Of a stretch of DNA of 64,000 nt, positions 53,046 through 64,000 are shown piece after piece; the stretch's first letter is position 1, and each line of letters begins with the position of its first letter. Under the pieces are notes generated by a model. The model was not told the DNA's origin and did not search any database. It saw only the letters and a program-made list of their open reading frames with translations. The position numbers were made by a program, and so were the translations under genes. Source of the stretch: Chiloscyllium plagiosum (lineage: Eukaryota); the NCBI RefSeq assembly GCF_004010195.1, contig NC_057718.1, positions 41,820,444-41,884,443 of the forward strand. Direction: 5' to 3'.

Positions 53046-53204
53046 ATTGAGAAGAGCATTTGGGATTAATGGTAGTATATTTTTACTGTGTTTAAAAAAT
53101 CTTTGAATTTGTAATAAAAGTAGACAGTTTGGGTTATTCTATATTATCTTCACTTTATTTATTAATGAACCTAAGTTTTATTGCAACACCAATAACAATG
53201 CAAT

Positions 53205-53372
53205 TTTAAAATTGTATTCATTTATGGGATGTGGGCATTGCTGGTTGGTCAGCATTTACTGCCCATCCCTAGTTACCCTTGAGAAGGTGATGATGAGCTG
53301 CCTTCTTGAACTGCTGCAGTCCACCTGCTGTGGGTCAATCCACAATGCCATTAAGGAGGGAATTTCAGGATG
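53205..53372 (-). mobile_element. 3' end of a CR1/L2-group LINE
   Basis: Reverse-similar to 15955-16117. Confidence 0.8.
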
Positions 53373-53519
53373 AATGTCAATGTTTCAGTGAGAGATGACT
53401 TTGCTAAAACCAAAACAAATATGAATATGATCTATCAAGCCAGGTTCATGTCTGGAATCAACCCCCTCCACAGCATCCCATGTCTCCCATGCACTTCCAG
53501 AAGGTAGCTGGAGTTAGAG

Positions 53520-54455
53520 CTGGAGGTAATAAATGAGCATACATCATGGATTGGTTAAGGGACAGGAAACAAACAGTAGACATAAATAGGGCATTTCAAG
53601 ATGGCAGGCTGTGCCCAGTGGAATGTCACAAGGATTCATACTGGAACTTCAGCTATCTATAAGTTATGATAATGACCTTAGTGAAGAAACTAATGTATCT
53701 AGATTTTTTTTAGATAAGAGGAAAGGTAAGCTGTGAGAAGAACTGAGAGAGAGGTTGCAAAGGGAAGTAACCAGGTTAAATCAGTGGGCAACAGTGTAGG
53801 TAAGGATGAGGTTATTCACTCTGGTGGGAAGAATAGAAAAGCAGGGCATTTTTTTTAAATGTGAAACACATGAATGATGATGTTTAGAGAGGCTTGCTTG
53901 TGCTGTAAAAATGAATGCAGAATGCTAGCTTGCAGATACAGCTAGAAATTGGGAAGACAAATGTCCTGATGGTCTTTGTTGTAAGGGGATTGGCGTACAT
54001 GAATAAAGAAGTCTTGCTGCTAGCATAGAGGAGTTTTATCAGACTGCATCTGGAATACTTTGTTCAGTTTTTTTCAGTTTTGTTCAGTTTTGATCTCAAT
54101 ATTTAAGAAAGGATATATTTGTATTGGAGGTTCATTAGCTTGGCCTTTGTGTTGAGAAGCTGATTAAATTGGTCTTTAATTCTCTAGAGTTTAGAAGAAT
54201 GAATGCAATGTCATTGGAACATACAAGATCTTCATGGGATTGATAGGCAGGATGCTGTTTGGAGAATCTAGAACACAATGCACAGTCTTAGCATAAGGAG
54301 CCAATCATGAGATGAGGAGAAACTACATCACTCAAAAGCTTGGGAATCTTTGGCTTTTTGGACCCCAGAGGTTTATGGATTTTCATTGTTTAATACGTTC
54401 AAAGCTGGAATGGACAGATGTTTGGTCTCTCGGGATCTAGTTGCTCCTATTTCTC
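53520..54455 (+). mobile_element. Old CR1-clade LINE RT/3' fragment
   Basis: Degenerate DWLRDRKQ.V, SGMSQGFILELQL, IRLHLEYFVQF and SLEFRRM motifs. Confidence 0.8.
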
Positions 54456-55590
54456 ATTATATTTAGTGAAAAGTGTTTTTCATTTAGCTGCAGAAATGAC
54501 AGCAAGATCCCAGTGAATATGTCATTCCATACATTGTGTCTGGTAATAAATGAGTGTCATCAGCATATGTTGATATTTGTTTATTATTCTAACTGATTGC
54601 AGCATCACATAGACCAACTAATGACTAGAAGTTGTCAAAGAATTGATTAATTAGCACCACATATTGTAATTATACATACGTTCTGTCTTTTGTTTTGTGA
54701 ATTTCAAGTTTATTTAGCTTACTCAGGTAATAAAAATATAAGTAACTTGTATAAGATCAAATTGATTAGTTGGATAAGTGGCTAAGTGAACTAGTAGTTA
54801 AAAGGACCCACTGTTTACTATAATGATGACTAATTCATCATTAAATATTCAGAAAGGCAATAAGCCATGGACTAGCCTTGGTTCTTACAAGGTTAACTGC
54901 AGAGGATTATTCAAGATAAAAAAATGTATATATAAACAACAGCAGCTATAAAGTCCAGATAGTAGAGTAAGTTTAACTGTTCAAATGAGGAAAATGCCCT
55001 TTAAACAATCAAAACAAGATCTCTGACTTGCTGTCCAATGAGACTAAGTGATCAGGGACATCAGAGACCAAATCAGATAAATGATAATTACATAAACTCA
55101 AGTGAAGCGCATTTATTAATACATTGAACATGTTCAATGGGAGTTGATGAAACATGGGCTATATTACATAACTGCGGAACACCAAATACCTCAGGCATGA
55201 CAAAATTATCATTTGCTACCACTGTATTCATTCAGCAACAGAGTAAGAAGACAAAGGTTCATCATTTTAATGTTTTTTTATGGTGCCAAGTCACATTTAC
55301 CAGTTCAGAGCCCAGGTGCTAATCAGTAGTTCATATGAAAGTGGCAGAGGTAGACTTATCTTCGAAGTCTAACTTTTCCTATTTCTCAATATGAAAACAT
55401 CTGATATGAGACTGTCACCATTTTGTTCAAGCTTATCAGAGGCTAGAAATTCATAGAATTCCAGTTCTACTGAGCTTCCATCTCATCACTTGTGGTATAA
55501 AAACAACTTAAATTTTTATAGCACCGAACAAAATAAAATACTCCAAGGGGATTTATAAAAGTGTTATAAAGATACCAAACCACATAAATG

Positions 55591-55683
55591 ATTCCTGAAG
55601 AAGGGCTTATGCCCGAAACGTCGATTCTCCTGTTCCTTGGATGCTGCCTGACCTGCTGCGCTTTTCCAACAACACATTTTCAG
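55591..55683 (+). mobile_element. Stand-alone hammerhead-bearing PLE pLTR insert (intact core 55595-55622)
   Basis: ATTCCTGAAGAAGGGCTTATGCCCGAAACGTCG..., flanked by CACATAAA at 55581-55588 and 55684-55691; nearly identical to 15593-15686. Confidence 0.9.
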
Positions 55684-55898
55684 CACATAAAAGATTATGC
55701 TGGATGACCAAAACCTGCACACAAGGTATGTTTTAAGAAGTTACTTAAAGGGGAAAACTGAGATGAAGAGAAAAAGGAAGGCCATCTCAGAGATTGGAAC
55801 CTGGACAACTGAAGTCACAGTTCATAGTAGTGGCACAATTATAATTGAGAATGTACAAAAGACCAGGTTTAGAGAAACAGAGGTGTCATGGAGATTTA

Positions 55899-56028
55899 GA
55901 GAAAGTGAGGACTGCAGATGTTGGGGAGTCAGAGTCAAGAAGTGAGGCACTGGAAAAGCACAGCAGGTCAGGCAGCATCCATGGAACAGGAGAGTCGATG
56001 TTTCGGGCATAAGCCCTTCATCAGGAAT
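55899..56028 (-). mobile_element. Stand-alone hammerhead-bearing PLE pLTR insert (core 55997-56024)
   Basis: Reverse strand ATTCCTGATGAAGGGCTTATGCCCGAAACATCG...CATCTGCAGTCCTCACTTTCTC. Confidence 0.88.
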
Positions 56029-59000
56029 ATGGAATCAGGAATCATGGGGGGTTGTGAGATTGGAGGAGATTCAGAAATAGAGACGGCAAAGTCTGTGGAG
56101 ATATTTGGAAACAAGAATGGGAATTTTCAAATCTAGGCATTGCTTAACCAGGAACTAATGTGGTTCATTGATCACAGAGGTAATAGAGGAGTGAGACTTA
56201 CTGTCTGTTTAGATACAGTAACAGAGTTTTGGTAGGGAATTCTGTTGAACTGAGGTGCAAATAGGCCTTCTCAGAGTGCATGAAAGAAGTTGTCAATTCA
56301 TTTCAGGATCAAAGTTATAAGTTAGTGCATTATGTAAGTAATTAGTTGGTGCCGATGGAAAAAAATGGAGGCTACGCTCATATTAATAGAGAACAAAGGC
56401 AAAATATTTGTTTTATAATTGGAGAAAAACTCTCAATCTGTGTCTTATGTTAAGTTTATTCTCATTTCTCTATCTTTCACTCTTTCATTCTTTTAATCGT
56501 TGTCCATTTAAAATTTCTAATCAGTGCTGGAGTGACTAATGTTCACTTCAGAATGTGTGAGATTATCAAGAAACCAATTTAAATTTTAAATTAATTTTTT
56601 TTAAATGCAGGATTGAAATGTCAATGATAATCTTGAAGGTCAGTGCATACTGGTGTTCTTGGGGATAGGCACATTCTGGGCTAACATGAATTCAGAGAGA
56701 AGCTTAAAGAGGATCTCTGAGTATTTGAATAAGAATATCTAGAAATACAGTTTCCTTTTAGGTGTTACTTTTAGTGCTATTTTTAGTTGTGCTCGGAGGT
56801 TTCGATCAAAAGGTTTGCATGTCAAATTTTCAAATCCGATAGTTATATTTGAGTTTCACTGGAAAGTCCTCTATTTTGTTATTTTTTTGGTGAAAGAAAA
56901 AATATGTGAGAGGTCAGATTGTTTCAGCTGGAAAGTAACAGTGAAGCTGTATCATTTAGTAGAGGCACACCTTAAAACAATAAAAGAAAAATATAAATTT
57001 GTGAGATCCTTCTGAGCTTTGAACTTCAGTCAAGTTGGCATGGCTAGTGGCTGTCAAGGTGATGCTGGTCTTTTACACCTCAAGCTTATTTCAAGCTGGT
57101 ATAGGGAACGAGAGGAATAGCAATCAATCTGCTGGCCACCAACATGTCAAGTGTATGGTTCACATTTCACATCCTCAAGCACAAAGAATGAAAGTGTGGC
57201 TTTGTCCTACGACACCTCATAAAGCAAACGGTGCCAAGTAGGTGTCGGGTGAAGAGTGAGTGGAGGTGATTGTGTGTATAGTTGAATATGTAGATTTTAA
57301 GGTGAGTTTAAATTCCAACTTCCCAGAAACAAAGTGGTACTTAACTATATTTTTTCCATTCCATAGTCATTTTAGCATTTCACTTTTATTGACTAGCTGC
57401 AGCATCTTCCTTGCTTTGTGGAGAACAATTTATCAATGAATACAAAGCAGTCCATCTTATAATGCAAATTCCTTTCCAGATACTTGAGAAGGAAAAATAA
57501 TGGAAGAGCCTGATGGCATTGTCCTGATGAAAATCCTCCATGTAAGACAATTGACAAATTCTTAATTTAATTTGCATCATCACGTTGCATAGTTCTACAA
57601 AGTGACAGAACCTTTTCAAGTACTCTATCATAAAGATCTTTAGAAGCTCACTGTAAATGTCATAAGAGGGCACTATTACTGTTATATTTATACATTATCA
57701 AAAAACTAAAGCAGTAACTTGCCTATTTTCAGCACCTTTACCATCATAGTAAATATCGAGGTGAATATGAAAATGACTCATATAAGGAAGTACTATGAGG
57801 AGAAGGGGTTGGGGGTGCAGTGAGGTTTAGGAACAAAAGTCCAGAGCTTTAGGCTATTGCAGATGAATGCACTGGTGCTATTGGTAGAATGATTAAAATT
57901 GGGATAAACTTTGTACTATTTTGCCAGGATTTCCACTGACATTACTACTAGACATTGGAAGAATCCTTTGGAAGGGAAGGCGTTATTGTCTACACCTGAT
58001 TGCAGCTGGGGGGACACATAATTAGCTGTGGATTCCGATTTTCTGTAACAGTACCATTTGCACAGCTGTGATGGACACTTTCTGTTTTAAAGGGGCAGGT
58101 TATTCATAGCAATGAAAACATATCAAAGCTTTGTTTTACCAAAAAAAACTTTAGCTGACTCAAAGATGTGGCAATAGTTGCAATGTCTTTCCTGCTTCCA
58201 GAATAACATTAAAATTATATTTTAACACCAGCTTCGGACTCTGGGCTACATCAACTCTTTCCTTTCACCTGTCATAGGTAATTTGCCCATTTTCTTTTGT
58301 TGTAGTCCTCAGGTAGGTGCTGGGGAGGGGAAACAGAAGACAATTGGGGAGACAAAGTAAAGACATTCAAGAATAAATTCCACATTAAAGGGCAATGTCT
58401 TCCATAATGGTAAAAGCTCCCAGTACAGACATCTTAGGGCGTTCAGCACAAACAAACATGAAGCTCTTTCATTATACAAACAAACAAGTGGTGATAGTCC
58501 TTATTTTAGGATTGTCTCCCAAAATTGGGTTACCCTGAATACCACCAACTACAGTCAGAATAACCAGGCTGTATGCAATATTACAGGCAGTCTGAATTAG
58601 TACTTTGAAGGATAAATCTGAAAACAAACATCTGAATATAGAGCTGGGAGGAGCAGAAGTGCAGAACTCAGTTTTACACTGACCCCAAAGACCGTACACC
58701 AGACTTACACCTGTAAAACTGGCACTGTGTCAACTAATTTCAAAGTCAATATTTTATTCATTTTACGCCATCCAGCCCAAGCCTGAGAAGAAGTATCAAT
58801 GGTTGCCAGAGACAGTCAGTTGTTTTTGATGTTAGAGACTGTCTTTAGCTCTGCTTGTGTGTAGAATGCTTTTCATTCATCAGTCCTGCTTTGTTTAGTG
58901 TCATTGAGAAGACACCACTTAATTTTAGCAGCTTTCACTTTTAGTTTGTGGGAAGAAAATATCTGGATGGAGATGAGCAAGAGTTACAGCAAGAGAGATA

Positions 59001-61409
59001 CTTTTACACCACTCTCAGCATTTTGTCAAACAAAGCATTCACATGGGGAATGGAGGAACAATAGATTGTAAAACCAGACTCTTCCCTCTAATGTCAGTAA
59101 ATGGGTATTTAATCTTCCTACTGCAGACATGCATTCTCTAGAGCATGTAATGAATATACTGTAGGGGACATTAGCTGAGCTGTTGTGCCTTCCAACCAAA
59201 AATATCATCAATATTTATTTCGGGTGTGGTCTAAAGATATCTGTGCTCAGCCAGTTCCCAGAAGACCATAGGAGTCTGTGCTTTTTTGAGATGGAGAAGC
59301 CTGTGGGAGTTTTCTGTTAACTGTGTAATTGTGCCTGTCTTTGTCTGTTATCTGACACCGATCTAGAGAGCCAAAATTTAGAAGGACATCAATTACTACC
59401 AGTTCCACATGAAGATTTTAAAGGGGTAGTCGTTACATCCCTGCATATTTTACAACCAGCATTGAAAAGCATCATCGACAATTTGTTGGAATGGAAACGT
59501 CAGGAACTTGTGAACATGTTCACTTGTCACTCACCAACGTATGTGTGATTTGTTGCAAAAACACTTCCCACCGCCCCCCACCCCCAAGCCCAGCATTATT
59601 TAAATATACAGCATCCAACCTGCAGGTAAGGCAAACTGAGACTTACTTCTGCGATTGCACAGCTTGGTCAAGCACAACGGCATGGTTTTGGAGGCTGTTG
59701 GATTTGTGATGGACCGTCCCAGCAGCTTTACAGGGAATGGTGACCTGTTCACATGAAAGTGACATTAATTACAAAGCTGCAATTTTAGTGTTTCTGGTTC
59801 TCCAACACTAATGGAACAGAGGATGTGGAGAACGAAATCCCCATGCAAAGCGATAAGGAACAAGTAAGAAGGAACAAGGATGTACTTGGGATGCCTTCAT
59901 TCCAGTGGGCCAGTGGGGTGAGGGGTACCGCCTGTGATTCGTTGATTCTTCTCTCCAGAGTAGACTTCCTGAAATTGTCATCCACAAATTGAGATTCATT
60001 GTCTTATCCTAAACCTTCCAAGAAAGCATCTGTCACAAAGATCTTTTTAATGTTCCTTTTACTGAGTTTGTTGTGATTGAATTAAGCCTTATTTATGTAA
60101 TCACTTCAATCTATCTTGAACAAAAATCAATTGAAAATAAAATCAAAAATCAGAAATCATATTGCTAATATTTCTCATGACCTTTCCAGAAATCTTGATG
60201 AAATCGTTGACTGTTTAGAATGGCAAAATGTAATCCCACATATCTCTCGAAATGCCTGGCCACCACCCTGATTATTGTGCTCTTGTTCTGTCCCTTTGTG
60301 ATGTCCATTATAGAGAAATTTTCTTCATACTGACTTTGCAGTAAGCATTCTATGGTCATACATCGATAAATGTTTCTGCTTGTCATTCCGTTTCAGCACA
60401 TAGGCTGTTGGACTATGCTTCAACTGCCCTTGCAGACAGGGTTATCTGATCCCTGTGCACTGTTGGCGGGTTATTGAGCTGCACAAATTTGTCTTGAGTC
60501 TTCCCTTAGTTGCTAATGAAGTATAAGTTATAGTTGTAGAGTAAGAGTATTTCTGCAAGATTAGATTATCAGTGAATCTTTCACATTGCCATGTCGCTAT
60601 TAGTACTTCCTTCTCTATGGGTGAATCTCTTCAGTCTGCGGCAAAGCTGCTAACATGAAATAGACTAGCTTTTGTGTCCTATCAGTTGACATTTACAGTT
60701 TGCTTCTGGTCTGCCCTTCACAGTCCATCTGTGGATATTATAATGAATAACGTATAATGAAAACTTAATACCTGAATTGTAATGTGCTAAAGCATCAGTA
60801 GAAAATAATTGTTCTTTATTCCTTTCAAAAGTTACAGACTGTTCCTGACCCTAATTGTTGGCCTTTTTTCCCAAAGATTCTCTTCTGGGTTGAATAAAAC
60901 TGGCTATGTTAAACAAACATTTCTAAGATCCACTACCCCTTATTGCTTGCTGCTAATTTTTCTAAATTATCATTAACAGACAAATGGAATGGATTTCCAC
61001 CCAAACTCTTTTATTTAACTGAGTGAAGTTCATGGGTAATCTTAGTTCTCCATTTGTCGTGGGAACAATTACTAACCTTGAACATCATCGTGTTGATTTT
61101 GTCATTAGCGACATGAACCCATTTTTAATCATGCTGTTTAACTGAGATTTTGTTTTTCCCAAAGGAAGAGGTATTTTCCTGCAAGTGTACAAGCAAATAT
61201 GTTTAGCATCCTCTTACAGCGTAATGTGGTACACCTACTTCAGTTTGTGTAAATCTTTAAAAAGCTTTGGAAATGTTTGCTGAAATTCTCTCCCTTTTTA
61301 TTGTGAAGCATTATACGCATTTTCTGTGAAAGACCTAGATAGATGTATGCATTTCTGCTCATCAATGAAGTATTTCGATTTGGAAGTATATATGGCACGG
61401 TGGCATGTG

Positions 61410-61730
61410 GGCGGCACGGTGGCACAGTGGTTATCACTGCTGCCTCGCAGCGTCAGAGACCCGGGTTCAATTCCCGCCTCAGGCGACTGACTGTGTGGAG
61501 TTTGCACGTTCTCCCCGTGTCTGCGTGGGTTTCCTCCGGGTGCTCCGGTTTCCTCCCACAGTCCAAAGATGTGCAGGTCAGGTGAATTGGCCATGCTAAA
61601 TTGCCCGTAGTGTTAGGTAAGGGGTAAATGTAGGGGTATGGGTGGGTTGCGCTTCGGCGGGTCGGTGTGGACTTGTTGGGCCGAAGGGCCTGTTTCCACA
61701 CTGTAAGTAATCTAATCTAATCTAATCTAA
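61410..61730 (+). mobile_element. HE1-type V-SINE, full-length and young
   Basis: CpG-rich, intact A and B boxes, V-domain and (TAATC)n tail; ATGGCA at 61392-61397 and 61730-61735 is the probable TSD. Confidence 0.96.
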
Positions 61731-62112
61731 TGGCATTTCACTGGCATTTTGCCCATTGTTATTAAAATCCATGGTGATTTACCCGTGCATCTGAAGATCC
61801 GAGACCTTGGAATTTGATAAGTTCTGACTCGAACAAACTTCAGCCATGGTAATTTGTCTGCCAGTATTGAAGCAAAGCTTCTGGGATGCATGTAAATTTG
61901 ATTTGCAATCCCTGTACCTTCATGTTAATGGTCCAGAATCTGTTCTGATGGTGTTTGACCTCATTTAGGAATGTTGTCTACACCTTTTGCTCTGTATTTT
62001 TAACTACTTGAATTATCTCCTATTTGTATGATTTCTATTTCTCTGGAATTTTTTCTTTGCAAGATGTTTACTTTGCTTGTGAGGTAATTGAGGTAATGTT
62101 TTCTTACAATTT

Positions 62113-62480
62113 CACAGAATCCCTTCAGTGTGGAAACAGGCCATTTGGTCCAACAGGTCCACAGTGACACTCCAAAGAGTATAGATTAAAGTGATGCTAG
62201 AAAAGCATAGCAGGTCAGGCAGCATCTGTGAAGCAGGAAAATCAATGTTTTGGGCAAAAGCCCTTCATCAGGAATACTCCAAAGAGTAACCTGCCCAGAC
62301 CTATTCTCCTACCCTATTACTCCACATTCCCCCTAACACGGCCAATTCACCTAACCTGTACATCTTTGGATTGTGGGAGGAAACCCACGCAGACACTGGG
62401 AGAATGAGCAAACTCAACACAGTCCCCCAAGGCTGGAATCGAACCCTGAGGCAGCAGTGCTAACCACTAAGCTACCGTGT
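62113..62480 (-). mobile_element. HE1-type V-SINE with a nested PLE insert
   Basis: Reverse-strand HE1 head at about 62480 and tail at about 62113; interrupted at 62182-62275. Confidence 0.9.
62182..62275 (-). mobile_element. Stand-alone PLE pLTR insert (decayed hammerhead 62244-62271) with 13-bp TSD
   Basis: TSD ACTCCAAAGAGTA at 62169-62181 and 62276-62288. The reverse strand begins ATTCCTGATGAAGGGCTTTTGCCCAAAACATT. Confidence 0.9.
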
Positions 62481-63333
62481 TCTTTTGTAAAGTTGACCCA
62501 ATTGGCCACACTTATAGTACTCATTCCCTTGCTGCTGGATATGGATTGTGATTATGTTTGGTGATACACCTTGTAGCACCTAATATAATCGAAGATGTTG
62601 ATTCCATCTCTTTTAGCATTTTGGCAGACTTTTGGGAGGTTAACAATGGCATCTTGGGGTCTCTCCAACCTACCATGTCAGAAAAGTCTCAGCTGTTTCC
62701 TTACATTATTCATTTTAGGCAATGATTTCCATCGCAGAATGAATTAAATTGCCTGTTCATACTTTAACTCCTCCATTGATTAAAGAAAGTCTGATAATTT
62801 CTCATACCTCATATCAACTGCTATACCATCTTATTTAATTCATCCTGAAAAGCTCTGTACCTGCTACATCCCTTAAGATGGTACAAAACTGTTTACTAAA
62901 GAAAAACCATTGATTCTCTCAAATGTTGAAATCAGTGATTAAATGTGATCTGTTCCATTATTAAATTTCTTTTGGGAGCAATCTATGTTTTACCACAACA
63001 TCATCAGCTATTAGACCTACAACATACAAAAATGTGCTGACTTGATGATGCTGCTCCTTCAGATGTCATCCTGAAGGGGTCAGATAATGCTGAAACTGCC
63101 ACTTCCCAGAGCAGCTCACTTCTGGAATTTTTCTGTGTCTTTTGCATTATTGAACTGTTGAGTAATATTAAGGTCTCAACTGGAGTTGTTATCACTACAG
63201 GCTATCATCGCTGACTGATCTGTGGCTTGGTTGTGATCCTGTGGTTTCCCTCTCCAGTGTATTGCTGGGTCATGACTGTGATATGGACATCATAACATGT
63301 GCTGCTATTGACAAGGTTAGAGGTCAGGTGACA

Positions 63334-63409
63334 CCAGGCAATTGTCCAACAGGCTAATTTGAAATCACAAGCTTGTTATTTCAAATAAACTGGTTGGTCA
63401 ATAACCTGG
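63334..63409. repeat. Spacerless imperfect palindrome, probably from a third PLE pLTR family
   Basis: 38-bp arms centred on AAGCTT (63369-63374), about 30/38 matches. Confidence 0.65.
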
Positions 63410-64000
63410 GTCATGATTAGACTTCAAAGACTTCCAAGGTTCATTTTCTTGCCTTTCAGACATTTCTGTTTTTCAACTTAACAGTACTTTCAAAATCTTC
63501 TACAGTCCTATACTGCCTTTGATATCTTCCCTCTTCAGCTGTGTTCTTCTGTTTTAACTTCAGATTCGGGCTGTGGCAATTTTTTGCCCATTTGTCATTG
63601 TGCTTTACCTTGTGTTTTAATCCAATCTTTTCAATGGGATATTGGTCTGGACTACCTTTGGACTGTGTATGTCTGCACATACATTGTCCCTGAGGCTGCT
63701 TGCTCTCTATAACCAAATATGATTCTTCGGCTCCTTACTTATTGGAAGAACTCCTTTATTTATGTTTGTACACAATAGGTTCTCAAGTACAGATCTCTAC
63801 TATTATGTACAGGACTTCTCTTCAGATATTCAGTCTAGACTGGTATCTGCCCTCTGTCAGTCATGTGATCAGTTACAGCTTCATGATTTACATGATTTTT
63901 TTATATTACAGAGAGCACAAATCCTCGAAAGGACATGGCATCGTATTCCATGGAACTACTGGCAATTCTCTGGGATGGCACTTCACCAATTTCAATAATC

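Noticed and set aside
52175..53480. Possible long solo LTR (similar-looking regions at about 480-830, 39700-40330 and 44570-45600)
   Set aside because: Composition is suggestive, but termini and TSDs could not be defined by eye.
58290..58320. Possible 7-nt microexon (ttgtag|TCCTCAG|gtaggt)
   Set aside because: Not frame-preserving, no host gene is established, and it could arise by chance.
61410..61480. tRNA gene (A and B boxes)
   Set aside because: tRNA-derived head of an HE1 SINE that continues into the V-domain and tail.
63000..64000. Possible decayed LTR-retrotransposon coding sequence on the minus strand
   Set aside because: No diagnostic motif could be read with confidence.
1..64000. 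CRISPR array, operons or other prokaryotic systems
   Set aside because: The sequence is eukaryotic; recurring repeats are dispersed retroelement ends, not regularly spaced repeat-spacer units.

Overview
Vertebrate genomic DNA, almost certainly from a cartilaginous fish: HE1-type V-SINEs and the repeat set point to a shark, and the species cannot be fixed from sequence alone. It has two assembly gaps (142-230, 14579-15424). No intact protein-coding gene is evident, and the window reads as intronic or gene-desert sequence. It is dominated by decayed retroelements: CR1-, L2- and Rex1/Babar-type LINE fragments, HE1, Deu-domain and other tRNA-headed SINEs, a Gypsy remnant (gag-PR-RT-RNase H, PPT and LTR but no integrase), a solo LTR, and probable Harbinger and Tigger-type DNA-element relics. 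Repeat-free blocks resembling conserved non-coding enhancers lie between them. The most striking signal is about 12 intact or decayed minimal type-I hammerhead ribozyme motifs (CTGANGA-A-GGGC-loop-GCCC-GAAACGTC) of Penelope-like element (PLE) origin. Several are about 95-150 bp stand-alone insertions with clear target-site duplications that share a 5' boundary at the ribozyme's 5' edge. Others form head-to-head or spacerless palindromic insertions. All family names come from motif recognition, not database searches, and repeat boundaries are approximate unless a TSD is given.
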